This document shows, piece by piece, positions 65,875 through 75,354 of a stretch of 124,000 nt of DNA (positions are counted from its first letter, which is position 1; every line of letters begins with the position of its first letter). Both the position numbers and the translations under genes were made by a program. The notes under the pieces were generated by a model. It was given only the letters and a program-made list of their open reading frames with translations, made no database searches and had not been told where the DNA came from. This stretch comes from Hyalangium minutum (lineage in GTDB: Bacteria; Myxococcota; Myxococcia; Myxococcales; Myxococcaceae): positions 144,001 through 268,000 of the forward strand of contig NZ_JMCB01000013.1 in assembly GCF_000737315.1 (NCBI RefSeq). The letters run 5' to 3'.

Positions 65875-65947
65875 CGGACAGAGGAATCCACGGATGCGCC
65901 CAGTGGTTGTCTCAAACCTACAACATTCCCAGGAGGGAAAAATCTTC

Positions 65948-66298
65948 GTGTCGGAACTCGGAAAACGTATCGGCCAACGCATCCGCGAGCTTCGCACGCA
66001 GCGGCCTGAGCGTTGGACCCAAGAGGAACTCGCGGAGCGGGCTCAGATCAGCGTGTCCTTTCTGTCGATGATTGAGCGGGGAGAGCGAGTCGCCCATGTG
66101 GAGACACTCGCCGCGCTCGCCAGCGCCCTGGGCGTCAGCCTCGGGGAGCTCTTTGCCGGGACGGAGCAGTCTCTCGCTCAGACCGAGGACCTGCTTCGGC
66201 CGCTGTCGGACTTCGCTCGCGCGCGGGGCCTCACTGCCCGTGATGTCGATCGCCTGCTGGGCGTGGCGCGGGTGATGTTCAACGGTTCGACCGCCTAA
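65948..66298 (+). CDS. XRE-family HTH transcriptional regulator
   Basis: WTQEELAERAQISVSFLSMIERGER HTH. Confidence 0.88.
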   Translation: MSELGKRIGQRIRELRTQRPERWTQEELAERAQISVSFLSMIERGERVAHVETLAALASALGVSLGELFAGTEQSLAQTEDLLRPLSDFARARGLTARDVDRLLGVARVMFNGSTA

Positions 66299-66408
66299 CC
66301 ACGGTGCCGCGGCCCGTTCGCGAGGGGTCCGCGGCACCGTGTCCAGTTCTTGACTCAATGCAGGGCGGCCCTGGAAGATAAGTCCTCACTTCCAAGGAGT
66401 TACCGCAG

Positions 66409-67956
66409 ATGCGTTTGGGTCTCGCCTCATGCGTGGTGCTCGCCAGTGCCTTGCTGGTGGCCTGCGAGCCGCCGCCCCCAGCCACGCTGGAGTTCGTCGA
66501 TCAATCTCCGGCCAGTCCCCGGCTGGGAGAGATCACGACCCTGCGGTTCCGGGCTATCGACAGCCGCGGCAATCCGCAGGCAGGTACCACCGTCACATTC
66601 AAGCTGCAGTCGGAGGTCCCGGGGGTCACGCTCAATCCCACCGAGGGCTCGACGAACGTGGGGGACGGCATCGTCTCCACGCAGCTGGTGGCCAATGGCC
66701 GCGTGGCCTCGGTGGTGGTGATCGCCACCGCGGGCGACAAGACGGCGGTCAGCCCGGCGGTGGCCTTCGCGGGCGCGGGCGCCAACGGCAAGCAGTTCAC
66801 CTTCCAGTGCGGCGAGATCGCCGGTACCGCCTCGGGCGGTATTCACGGCATCGGCGCCTATGATGAGACGCGCTACCTGATTGCGGGCGTGAAGCTGCGC
66901 TGCACGGCCCACGTGGCGGACCGCAACGGTGACGGCATCGCGGGCGCCCAGGTGTCCTTCATCACCGAGGCGGGCACGCTCGGGCCGTCGTCCAGCTCGG
67001 TGTCGGACGTGGTGGGCAACGCGGAGGTTCTCTACAAGACGTCCTACCCGCTGCCGGTGGAGACGGATCCAGGCACCTTCACCTGGAACCCGCCCAATGA
67101 CGCCACCCACACGGGCGACTACATCGCCCCCTTGTGGATGCACCCGTTCTATTGGACGGCCAACCCCATCCGCGACTACGGCTCGCTGATCAACCCCATG
67201 GAGCCGCGTCCGGAGCCGTTCCGCGACGATCCCATCCGCCCCAACCGGCGCAACAACCCGCGCGACAACCTGGTGGCCATGATCGCCATCACCACGGGCG
67301 AAGAGGGGTACGACGACAAGAACAACAACGGCCAGTTCGACGAGGGCGAGTTCGACCCGAAGTTCGACCTGACGGAGCCCTTCGTCGACAACAACGACGA
67401 CGGCACCTGGCAGGACACCGAGCGCTTCGTCGACACCAACGGCAACGGCAAGTGGGACGGCAAGAACGGCAAGTACGACGCCTCCACCCTCATCTGGGTG
67501 CAGGAGCGCATCCTCTGGACGGGCTGGCCGCACCCGCTGGATCGCGACGAGACGGCGCTCAACCGCTCGCCCATCGTCCGCCAGCTCAAGCCGCCCGTGG
67601 GCACCACCCTCATCCTGGAGCACTTCACGCATGAGGAGGCCGTCTTCCTGCTGACCGATCCCTGGTTCAACCGCGTGGCCCAGAACGAGGACGGCGATGG
67701 CTGCTCCGGCGGCGCCATTGGCCCTGTGACGGTAGACAGCCTCACCCAGGGCATCGCCTTCACCTACCCGTCCTTCTCCATCGAGCGCTTCGTCCTGCGC
67801 GACCAGCATGATCCGGCCTCCGTCCCACCGACGCCGGCCTACGCGGCTCCGGGCATCAAGTTCGAGGTGGCCGCTGGCTGCAAGTACACGGCGTCCCCGG
67901 AGGACGGGCACGTGGTGCTCCTCAGCTCGCCGACGATTACGGGCCGGGTGTTCTAG
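66409..67956 (+). CDS. Ig-like domain lipoprotein with Ca-binding DxNxDG-type loops
   Basis: Lipobox LVAC; Big-1-like segments; DKNNNGQFD, DNNDDGTW and DTNGNGKWD loops. Confidence 0.7.
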   Translation: MRLGLASCVVLASALLVACEPPPPATLEFVDQSPASPRLGEITTLRFRAIDSRGNPQAGTTVTFKLQSEVPGVTLNPTEGSTNVGDGIVSTQLVANGRVASVVVIATAGDKTAVSPAVAFAGAGANGKQFTFQCGEIAGTASGGIHGIGAYDETRYLIAGVKLRCTAHVADRNGDGIAGAQVSFITEAGTLGPSSSSVSDVVGNAEVLYKTSYPLPVETDPGTFTWNPPNDATHTGDYIAPLWMHPFYWTANPIRDYGSLINPMEPRPEPFRDDPIRPNRRNNPRDNLVAMIAITTGEEGYDDKNNNGQFDEGEFDPKFDLTEPFVDNNDDGTWQDTERFVDTNGNGKWDGKNGKYDASTLIWVQERILWTGWPHPLDRDETALNRSPIVRQLKPPVGTTLILEHFTHEEAVFLLTDPWFNRVAQNEDGDGCSGGAIGPVTVDSLTQGIAFTYPSFSIERFVLRDQHDPASVPPTPAYAAPGIKFEVAAGCKYTASPEDGHVVLLSSPTITGRVF

Positions 67957-68026
67957 CCCGGTACGAAGGGCATTGACCGGCGGCCCCGCCGTCCGTAGGG
68001 TCCTCTGCGGCTGATTTCCAAGTCAA

Positions 68027-68752
68027 TTGGCCGCGGAGGACGAGTTGAGCCAGCAGAGCCAGAAGGCGGCCGACGGAGGGACGCGCGAGAGCGAGCGCCG
68101 GCACACCATCCTCCGCGCCGCCATTGAAGTGTTCGCCAGCAAGGGCTACCACGGGTGCCGCATCGCGGACGTGGCCAAAGAGGCGGGCGTGGCCTACGGG
68201 CTCGTCTACCACTACTTCAAGAACAAGGATGAGCTGCTGGAGACCGTCTTCGAGGCGGGCTGGCGCGGCTTCTTCACGCGCGTGAGCGCGGTGGTTCAGG
68301 GCGAGGGCACGCTCGAGCAGAAGGTGCACCGGATCGCGGACGTGGCCATCGAGGCGTACCGGGTGGATCCGCGCACGGTGAAGGTGCTCATCCTCGAGAT
68401 CGCACGCAGCCCCGGGGGGCGGGTGAACCGGCAGACGGCCTTCGCGGAGGCCCTCCAACTGTGCACGCAGATGCTGATGCAGGCCCAAGAGGCCGGCGAG
68501 CTGCGGCCGGACGTGGATCTGCAGCTGGCCGCGGCCCTCTTCTTCGGCAACATCGAGATGGCGTTCACCGCCCTGTTGATGGGGAGGGTGGATCCCAAGG
68601 ATGTGGAGAAGCTGGAGCGGGCCAAGCGGCAGCTGGGAGATTTCTTCCTTCACGGCGTCCATGCTCGAGACGCTTCGTCGTCCTCGGAGGTCTCATGGAA
68701 GAAGGAGCAGGAGAAGTCCGCTACGCGGTCCAAGGCGCCCAAGCGCTCATAA
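68027..68752 (+). CDS. TetR/AcrR family regulator
   Basis: ILRAAIEVFASKGYHGCRIADVAKEAGVAYGLVYHYFKNK. Confidence 0.9.
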   Translation: MAAEDELSQQSQKAADGGTRESERRHTILRAAIEVFASKGYHGCRIADVAKEAGVAYGLVYHYFKNKDELLETVFEAGWRGFFTRVSAVVQGEGTLEQKVHRIADVAIEAYRVDPRTVKVLILEIARSPGGRVNRQTAFAEALQLCTQMLMQAQEAGELRPDVDLQLAAALFFGNIEMAFTALLMGRVDPKDVEKLERAKRQLGDFFLHGVHARDASSSSEVSWKKEQEKSATRSKAPKRS

Positions 68753-69480
68753 CCATCGACCGGCCGCGGGCGCGCAACGCCCTGTCACCGGCGGTGGTGC
68801 AGGGGCTGATGGAGGCCATTGCCCGGGCGGAAGCGGACGCGCAGGTGCGCGTGCTGGTGTTCACCGGCGCGGGGGAGAAGGTGTTCTGCGCGGGAGGCGA
68901 TCTCGGGCAGATGGGGGACGGCGGCTTCCTGTCCATGCACGACGGACGGCGTGCGTACGCCACGCTGCTCTCGAGGCTTCAGGGCTGTCGCAAGCCCACG
69001 GTGGCGCGGGTGAATGGGCACGCGCTGGCGGGCGGGCTCGGGTTGGTGCTGGCGTGTGACTTGGCCGTGGCCGTGGAGGGCGCGGAGTTCGGCACCCCAG
69101 AGATCGACGTGGGGCTCTTCCCCATGATGATGATGGCGCTGCTGCAGCGGCACGTGGGCCGCAAGCGGGCGCTGGAGCTGGTGATGACGGGGGATCGGCT
69201 GCCGGCGCGCGAGGCGCTGGTGCTGGGGCTGATCAATCGGGCAGTGCCTGCGGCGGAGCTGGACGCGTCCGTGGGAGCGCTGGCGGGCAAGCTGGCGGGC
69301 AAGAGTCAGGCGGTGATGGCGCTGGGCAAGCGGGCCTTCTTCACGGCGGAGGATCTGCCGCTGCCTGCGGCGCTGGAGTTCCTGGCGTCCCAGCTCTCGC
69401 TGAACGTGCTGGCTGAGGACGCGGGAGAGGGCGTGTCCGCGTTCCTGGAGAAGCGCCCCCCGAAGTGGAACGACCGCTGA
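68695..69480 (+). CDS. Enoyl-CoA hydratase/isomerase
   Basis: FCAGGDL, HALAGG, PEIDVGL and EGVSAFLEKR motifs. Confidence 0.92.
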   Translation: MEEGAGEVRYAVQGAQALITIDRPRARNALSPAVVQGLMEAIARAEADAQVRVLVFTGAGEKVFCAGGDLGQMGDGGFLSMHDGRRAYATLLSRLQGCRKPTVARVNGHALAGGLGLVLACDLAVAVEGAEFGTPEIDVGLFPMMMMALLQRHVGRKRALELVMTGDRLPAREALVLGLINRAVPAAELDASVGALAGKLAGKSQAVMALGKRAFFTAEDLPLPAALEFLASQLSLNVLAEDAGEGVSAFLEKRPPKWNDR

Positions 69481-69525
69481 GAGCGCCTGGCCTCCGTGGC
69501 CGAGGCGCGGCCGGAGGTGCTCAGC

Positions 69526-70509
69526 TCAGGGCGTCGCGGTGACGGTGGCGGTGCCTTCGTTCTGGCTGGGAGCCGGGGAGGGTAGAGCGGCGGGAGTCTC
69601 GGTGGTGGCCACGCGAGGCTCCGGCTTGCCGAAGAAGTCCAGCTTCAGCAGGGACAGGCCATCCACCCAGAGCCCGTCCAACTTCACGCCCCAGTGGAGG
69701 TGGGGACCGGTGACGCGGCCCGTCTTCCCCACGAGGCCCAGCTTCTGGCCCTGCTGCACCTTCGCGCCCGTCTTCACGTCCATGCGGGACATGTGGAAGT
69801 ACGTCGTGTACAGGCCCGCGCCATGGTGGACGATGACGGTGCCGCCCGAGCTGTAGCAATCACGGACCATCACCACCGTGCCCTCGTTGGCGGCGAAGAT
69901 GGAGTCGCCGGTGTTCCCGTCGATGTCCACGCCGAAGTGCTGGCTCTGGAGCTTGCCGTTGAACGAGCGCCGATCGCCGTATGGCGCGGTGATGCGATCC
70001 TGGCGGGGCCAGGCGAAATTCTCAGTGAAAAGCGGCGAGGCGAATGGCTGGGCGAACGCGGCAGCGAAGGCGGCGCGATCCTCGGCCATGCGGGCCTTCA
70101 CGGACGCGGGCGGCTTGACGTACTTGCCAGCGACCTTGAGCTGCCGCTCGGGGTAGCCAGGCTCCACCACGTCCAGCGTGCCCGCGAGCTCCAGCGCCTT
70201 GCCCTGCGCGGGGCGGGGGGCCGTCACCTTCACCGCGACGGTGCCCAGGGACTGCTCCACCGGGAGCCCCGAGAGCGCGAGCCACGCGCCCGAGGTCTCG
70301 AAGAACTGCAGGGGCCTTCCGGCCAGCGTGCCCGAGGGCATGCCCTCCACGCCCCGCACGGCGACGAGAACCGGGTCGCCCGGCTTGGCCGTTCCCGGCT
70401 GCACGGAGAGGCTTGGCTGAGCCTGGGCTCCGAAGGCCACCAGGCCCAGGGCGAGCAGGGCGAAGGGGAGCGAGGCGGAGAGGCGGGGAAGGGAGGGCGC
70501 GAGCGGCAT
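69526..70509 (-). CDS. M23 family metallopeptidase
   Basis: HFGVD, HGAGLYTTYFHM and TGPHLH motifs; signal peptide. Confidence 0.9.
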   Translation of the reverse strand: MPLAPSLPRLSASLPFALLALGLVAFGAQAQPSLSVQPGTAKPGDPVLVAVRGVEGMPSGTLAGRPLQFFETSGAWLALSGLPVEQSLGTVAVKVTAPRPAQGKALELAGTLDVVEPGYPERQLKVAGKYVKPPASVKARMAEDRAAFAAAFAQPFASPLFTENFAWPRQDRITAPYGDRRSFNGKLQSQHFGVDIDGNTGDSIFAANEGTVVMVRDCYSSGGTVIVHHGAGLYTTYFHMSRMDVKTGAKVQQGQKLGLVGKTGRVTGPHLHWGVKLDGLWVDGLSLLKLDFFGKPEPRVATTETPAALPSPAPSQNEGTATVTATP

Positions 70510-70771
70510 GAGGGCCGCAGTTGTACCACCGGGGCGCCCTGTGCACCGATGCCCCGTTTGCAAGGCTCGCTCGGACGGCTGCTCTTCGTGCCTGTCAGGC
70601 CTCGGAGCCGAGGGGGCATCGCCCGCTGGTCAACATCCAAAACGAGAGATGGGCCCCGCTGGTCAAGGAGCGAACGTCCGGGCGGCGCGAGCGCTGGCGC
70701 AGGTGTACCAAGGGCGGAAAGGGCTCCCTACTTTCTCTGACGAACTGACTTGCCATCGAGGGGGATGTTGG

Positions 70772-71260
70772 ATGCCGCGTTCTTATAGCTTCGACCATTT
70801 CCAGGTGCCCGCAGCCGAGCCCCGCAGCCGGAGCTTGCGGCGCCAGGACAAGCAGCACTTGGCCGAATCACACCATGCCGTGCCTGCGCAGGACGGGGGG
70901 ATCCACTACGGCAGGAGCCACGCGCAGACGGAGGAGATCCTCAAGGCGCGCGCCCTGGCTCCGCCGCGCCGCGAGAGCGCTGGGGCGAAGGCCCGCGCGG
71001 CGCAGGCCACGCCGAGCCCGGAGCGGCTCCAGGCCACGCCGCGGATCAACCGCAACACCACGCCCATTGGCGCGCTGCCGGCCACCGAGGAGCTGCCGCC
71101 GCGCGGGCGCTTCCAGGATCTGATGGACGAAGCGACGCGCCAGTTCGAGGCCATCCAGGGAGGTATTGGCGACGTGAGCAAGGCGGCGGTGCGGCTGGCC
71201 TCGCTGCCGCTCGAGGTGGTGCGGCTGGCGGCGCGACGCCTGCGTCTGGTTCACGGCTGA
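70772..71260 (+). CDS. Hypothetical protein
   Basis: RBS GGGGG; co-directional with the downstream cluster; plausible codon usage. Confidence 0.6.
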   Translation: MPRSYSFDHFQVPAAEPRSRSLRRQDKQHLAESHHAVPAQDGGIHYGRSHAQTEEILKARALAPPRRESAGAKARAAQATPSPERLQATPRINRNTTPIGALPATEELPPRGRFQDLMDEATRQFEAIQGGIGDVSKAAVRLASLPLEVVRLAARRLRLVHG

Positions 71261-71273
71261 GGGTTCGGGCGCC

Positions 71274-72041
71274 GTGGAGCTGACGCTCGTCTCGTACAAC
71301 ATCCACAGCGGCATCGGCACGGACGGCCGGTTTGATCTGCACCGGGTGGGCGAGGTGCTGCGAGAGATTGACGCGGACATCATCGCCCTGCAGGAGGTGG
71401 GGGACTTCCGGGGCAAGACATCCCGGGAGGACCAGCCCGAGCACCTGGCGGATCTGCTCGGGCTCCACATGGCATTCGGCCCGAACGTGGTGCGCCAGGG
71501 CCGGCGCTATGGGAACGCGGTGCTGGCGCGCCTGCCCATCCTCAAGTCGAAGAACTACGATCTCAGCGTGGAGAGCCGCGAGCCGCGCGGCGCCCTTCGG
71601 TGTGATCTGGATCTGGGTGGGGGGCGGCAACTGCACCTGTTCTGCCTGCACCTGGGGTTGTCGCTCGGCGAGCGCCGCAGGCAGGAGAGCCTGCTGCTGT
71701 CGTCGGACATCCTCCGAGATGCGGTGCGCAAGGATCCGGTGGTGGTGTGCGGAGACTTCAACTACTGGGGCAACAAGCCCGTCCCCGCGCTGGTGCGGCG
71801 GGCCATCCACGACGCGGCGCTGGAACTTCGCACCCCGGCGCGGACCTACCCCTCCCGGCTGCCGCTGCTGCGGCTGGATCGCATCTTCGTGGACTCGGGT
71901 GTCCGCCCGCTCACCATCCGGCCACACCGTTCCTCCTTGGCCACGGTCACCTCGGACCACCTTCCGCTGGTGATGCGCTTCGAGGCCCCGGTGCTGACCG
72001 AAGCCGTGGCGGTCTCGGCACCCGTGCAGCTCATCGGCTAG
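71274..72041 (+). CDS. Endonuclease/exonuclease/phosphatase family protein
   Basis: SYNIH, LQEV, GDFN, LDRIF and SDHLP motifs. Confidence 0.9.
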   Translation: MELTLVSYNIHSGIGTDGRFDLHRVGEVLREIDADIIALQEVGDFRGKTSREDQPEHLADLLGLHMAFGPNVVRQGRRYGNAVLARLPILKSKNYDLSVESREPRGALRCDLDLGGGRQLHLFCLHLGLSLGERRRQESLLLSSDILRDAVRKDPVVVCGDFNYWGNKPVPALVRRAIHDAALELRTPARTYPSRLPLLRLDRIFVDSGVRPLTIRPHRSSLATVTSDHLPLVMRFEAPVLTEAVAVSAPVQLIG

Positions 72042-72181
72042 CGTGGGGGCTCCAGCGGCGTTCATTGGCCGACGCTTTGCGGCCGCTGGACACAAGAAGC
72101 ACGCGACGGGTTGTCGCGGCGGGGGTGGATGCCTAGGTTGGCTCCGCCTGTGGGATGAGAGCAGCGCCGGCCGGAGAGTCG

Positions 72182-72634
72182 ATGAACTTGGGGACGGAAC
72201 AGACGGAGCGCGGGATCTCCGCGATCGTCGGACGGATGGCGGACAGCTTCAGCCGTCTGGTGTCTCAGCACATCACCCTGGCGCGCCTGGAACTGGCCGA
72301 GGATGCCAAGGCCATGGCTCGCGACGTGGCGAGCATCGTCGTCTTCGTGCCTTTCCTGATGGTGGGCTGGGTCTTCCTGTGCGGCGCGATCGCCGTGGCG
72401 CTGGCGCAGGCGATCGGCTACGGCTGGGCCTTGGCAGCCGTGGGCGGCGTCCACATGGTGGGGGGAGGGATCGGCATCTGGACAGCCCTGTCCCGGCTCA
72501 AGAATCGCCAGGTCATGAATGACACGGGCGAAGAACTTTCGCGCAGCATGGCGGTGCTCACCTCGGCGAGCCCCGCCGCAGTGCCCTCTTCACAGCCTCG
72601 CAACGTGCTCAAGGAGCCCCCGAATGCCCAGTAA
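72182..72634 (+). CDS. Holin-X/YqjE-like two-TM membrane protein
   Basis: SRLVSQHITLARLEL followed by two TM helices. Confidence 0.72.
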   Translation: MNLGTEQTERGISAIVGRMADSFSRLVSQHITLARLELAEDAKAMARDVASIVVFVPFLMVGWVFLCGAIAVALAQAIGYGWALAAVGGVHMVGGGIGIWTALSRLKNRQVMNDTGEELSRSMAVLTSASPAAVPSSQPRNVLKEPPNAQ

Positions 72635-72839
72635 TGGACAGCCCAAGGCTGAGCCCCGAAGTCCCGCCGCGCTGCGCGCCGAGATCGAGCGCACCCGCGC
72701 GGAACTGGCCACCTCGGTCACTGCGTTGCGCCAGGAGGTCGCCGAGACCGTGGACTGGCGGGCCTGGGTGCGCAAGCGCCCGCTGCTGGCCGTGGGCGCC
72801 GCGTTCACAGTTGGGTTCGTGATCGCCTACCGCCGCTGA
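72624..72839 (+). CDS. DUF3618 domain protein
   Basis: LRAEIERTRAELATSVTAL...P.L...AF.VGF pattern. Confidence 0.75.
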   Translation: MPSNGQPKAEPRSPAALRAEIERTRAELATSVTALRQEVAETVDWRAWVRKRPLLAVGAAFTVGFVIAYRR

Positions 72840-72899
72840 CGGCCGCCAACACCTTCACCCACCACTGTCATTCGTTTTCAACTCACAGGAGAGGCTTCG

Positions 72900-73100
72900 A
72901 TGGAGATGAATCCGCAGCAGATCCAGGACCGCGCGCGTGAAATTCAGGAGCGTATCGTGCCGCAGATCGAAGAGGCGCGGCGCAACCTGGTGGATGTGAA
73001 CACCCGCGTGGTGAGCTTCATCCGCGCCAACCCGGGCACCTGCCTGGTGGGTGCGGTGGCCCTGGGCTTCCTCATCGGCAAGATCGCCTCGCGCCGCTGA
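72900..73100 (+). CDS. Small tail-anchored protein (DUF883/ElaB-like)
   Basis: C-terminal FIRANP...VGAVALGFLIGK.RR; RBS GGAGAGG. Confidence 0.7.
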   Translation: MEMNPQQIQDRAREIQERIVPQIEEARRNLVDVNTRVVSFIRANPGTCLVGAVALGFLIGKIASRR

Positions 73101-73135
73101 TCCTCGCCGTCCTTTCGTCACACCGAGAAAACACC

Positions 73136-73585
73136 ATGACGACCTTTCAGAACACCCAGAGCAACGGCTCTCACACCAGCGGCGACGATCAGGGGTTTGG
73201 CGAGCGCGTGGATCAGATCGGCTCGGAGGCCCAGCAGCTGTGGAGCAATGCGCGCACTGCGGTGTCGGACCTGGGCCAGACGCTGGATCTCAAGGGCCGG
73301 GTGGATCGCAACCCGTACGGGATGATGGCTGCGGCGATCGGCGTGGGCTACGTGCTGGGCGGGGGACTCTTCACCCCGCTGACCGGGCGGATCCTGAAGC
73401 TGGGCGTGCGCTTGGCGATGCTGCCCTTCGTCAAGGACGAGCTGCTGGGCATGGCCGAGGCCGCGCTCCAGGGCTATCAGGCGGGCCAGTCCAGCGTGGG
73501 CGGGCAGAGTGGGGGAGGGGGGCAGAGCGGCGCCACGGGAATCGGCACCTCGCCTCGGACGGGCGGTCCTGGCAACATCAGCTGA
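73136..73585 (+). CDS. Tail-anchor-like hypothetical protein
   Basis: VDRNPYGMMAAAIGVGYVLG motif, ElaB-like. Confidence 0.65.
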   Translation: MTTFQNTQSNGSHTSGDDQGFGERVDQIGSEAQQLWSNARTAVSDLGQTLDLKGRVDRNPYGMMAAAIGVGYVLGGGLFTPLTGRILKLGVRLAMLPFVKDELLGMAEAALQGYQAGQSSVGGQSGGGGQSGATGIGTSPRTGGPGNIS

Positions 73586-73633
73586 GCCGTCGTTTGCGCG
73601 CCACATCTTCACTTGAACCCTGGGAGTTCCCGC

Positions 73634-73906
73634 ATGTTTGGAGTCAGTGACCTCAAGAAGTTGGACAAGGACGAGCTGCTCAACCTGATCGGGCTCGAGA
73701 CCCGGAAGGAGACCAGCGACTACCTGCTGCCGGCGCTGGGCGCCTTTACGGTGGGAGTGCTGCTGGGCGTGGGCGTGGGGCTGATGCTCGCGCCCAAGCC
73801 GGGCAATGAGCTCCGCAATGATCTGCGCAACCGGTTCCAGCCCGGCCAGGAGCCGGTTACGGGCGCTGGTGCGACGCGGACCGAGAACGTCTCGCGCGGC
73901 GTGTAG
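73634..73906 (+). CDS. YtxH domain protein
   Basis: GVLLGVGVGLMLAPKPGNELR signature. Confidence 0.8.
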   Translation: MFGVSDLKKLDKDELLNLIGLETRKETSDYLLPALGAFTVGVLLGVGVGLMLAPKPGNELRNDLRNRFQPGQEPVTGAGATRTENVSRGV

Positions 73907-74056
73907 CCGGGCACAGAGGGTTTCTCCTCGGGCCTCCCCTGGGCGCGCCACCCGCGTCCGGGCGGAGGCCCGTGCTTTTGGAGCGCTCCCTACCCAAGAG
74001 GTATGTCAGACCCAGCTGGTTTCATGAGGTCACCTGGAACGAGGAAGGTGGCGGAC

Positions 74057-75172
74057 ATGGAACCGATGGGGCTCGTCTCACGCGTCGCGGGGGATTTGGA
74101 GCGGCTGATCGCGCAGGACCGGCTGCCGAGGGATGGACGGCTTCCCTCGGAGCGACTGCTCTCGCGGCAGTATGGCGTCTCACGGACGACGGTCCGGGAG
74201 GCGTTGAGTCACTTGGCATCGCGAGGGCTGATCGTGCAGCACCCGGGCCGTAGGAGCCGCGCGGTGGTGCTGGACGAGACCGTGAACCTGGAGACTCTGG
74301 GGGTGGCGCTGCAGGGAGAAGGCCCAGCGCACCCAGAGAGGAGCCGGCTGCTGGAAGGGTTCCTCTCGCTCAAGCGGGAGCTGATGGTGGAGTTGCTGGC
74401 CATCTGCGGCGAGCGCGCTTCCAAGGAGGAACTGGACCTGCTGGCGAATGCCTGTTTGGCGCTGAGGGATGCTGCTCGCTGGGAGGAGAACCGAGGCCAG
74501 TGGGCTGTGTGGGAGTTCGAACTTCTGAGGCGCGCGGCCCGCGTAGCCGATCGTCCTGGGCACGTGCTGCTCATCCATTCATTGGAGAGATCCTTTTGGA
74601 AGATGGCAGGCCGGGTGCTGCCGCATCTTGATTCCGAGGCCATCTGCCGGTGGGCCGAGTGCGCGTTCTACGCTCTGGTGACGAAGGACGTGCAGGCCCT
74701 GCGCAAAGACCTGCTGCCACTGTTGGAGTCTTGCGATGAGCGGCTTTTTGGCAGCCGCGAGAGAGTCGGCAAGAAGGCCGGCTCGTACACAGCGTTGCCT
74801 GCGGAGGTGACCGATTCCGAAGACATCCCCTCCGGAGCCACTCCCTTCGAAGCTTGCACCGTTGAAGCCACTGCTTCCGAGAGTGCTCCTCCCGAACTCA
74901 GGGTTGCCGAGCCTCCTTCTTCTGCGGCTCCCTTGTTCGAGGTCGCCATCGGTGAGGAAGTAACTTCCGACGGCTCCTCCTCCACCTCTGTAGGACCCAT
75001 CTTCTCAGTGGGACTTGGGGCTGAGGAGAACTCGGCGCCCGAGGTCTCCGATAGACAGGGGCTGGCGGGCGCGGTTTGGACGAGGTGGTCTGATTGTCAG
75101 ACCAGTTCGTACGAAACGACGTCGGCAGGCGCTCCTTCGCCCGAGCCAGACAGCGGCTGGCGGTCGGGTTGA
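74057..75172 (+). CDS. GntR (FadR-like) regulator with low-complexity C-terminal extension
   Basis: LPSERLLSRQYGVSRTTVREAL HTH; acidic Ser/Glu-rich tail. Confidence 0.85.
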   Translation: MEPMGLVSRVAGDLERLIAQDRLPRDGRLPSERLLSRQYGVSRTTVREALSHLASRGLIVQHPGRRSRAVVLDETVNLETLGVALQGEGPAHPERSRLLEGFLSLKRELMVELLAICGERASKEELDLLANACLALRDAARWEENRGQWAVWEFELLRRAARVADRPGHVLLIHSLERSFWKMAGRVLPHLDSEAICRWAECAFYALVTKDVQALRKDLLPLLESCDERLFGSRERVGKKAGSYTALPAEVTDSEDIPSGATPFEACTVEATASESAPPELRVAEPPSSAAPLFEVAIGEEVTSDGSSSTSVGPIFSVGLGAEENSAPEVSDRQGLAGAVWTRWSDCQTSSYETTSAGAPSPEPDSGWRSG

Positions 75173-75354
75173 CCCCACAGAGTCGGCCTCTTCGCCCCGG
75201 TAAGGTGGAGCAACTCAAGTGGGTTCGCTATGAGGCCGCGAGCGTGCTTGCCGGTGGACTCCATGGCGCTCGGGGCTTGGGCCTTCCGGGCATGGCTCTG
75301 CAGGAGAACCCGTTCCTTGGGTTCACGTTCTGGCACTAGGGTAGACTGCGCGTC

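Noticed and set aside
72182-72839. Holin-family genes as a prophage lysis cassette (also 117278-117664)
   Set aside because: No endolysin, structural or integrase genes are present. Holin-X/YqjE-like proteins are common chromosomal stress proteins.
74800-75172. Lower-GC GntR tail as an inserted element
   Set aside because: No terminal repeats or transposase remnants are present. It is kept only as a low-complexity extension containing the palindrome.
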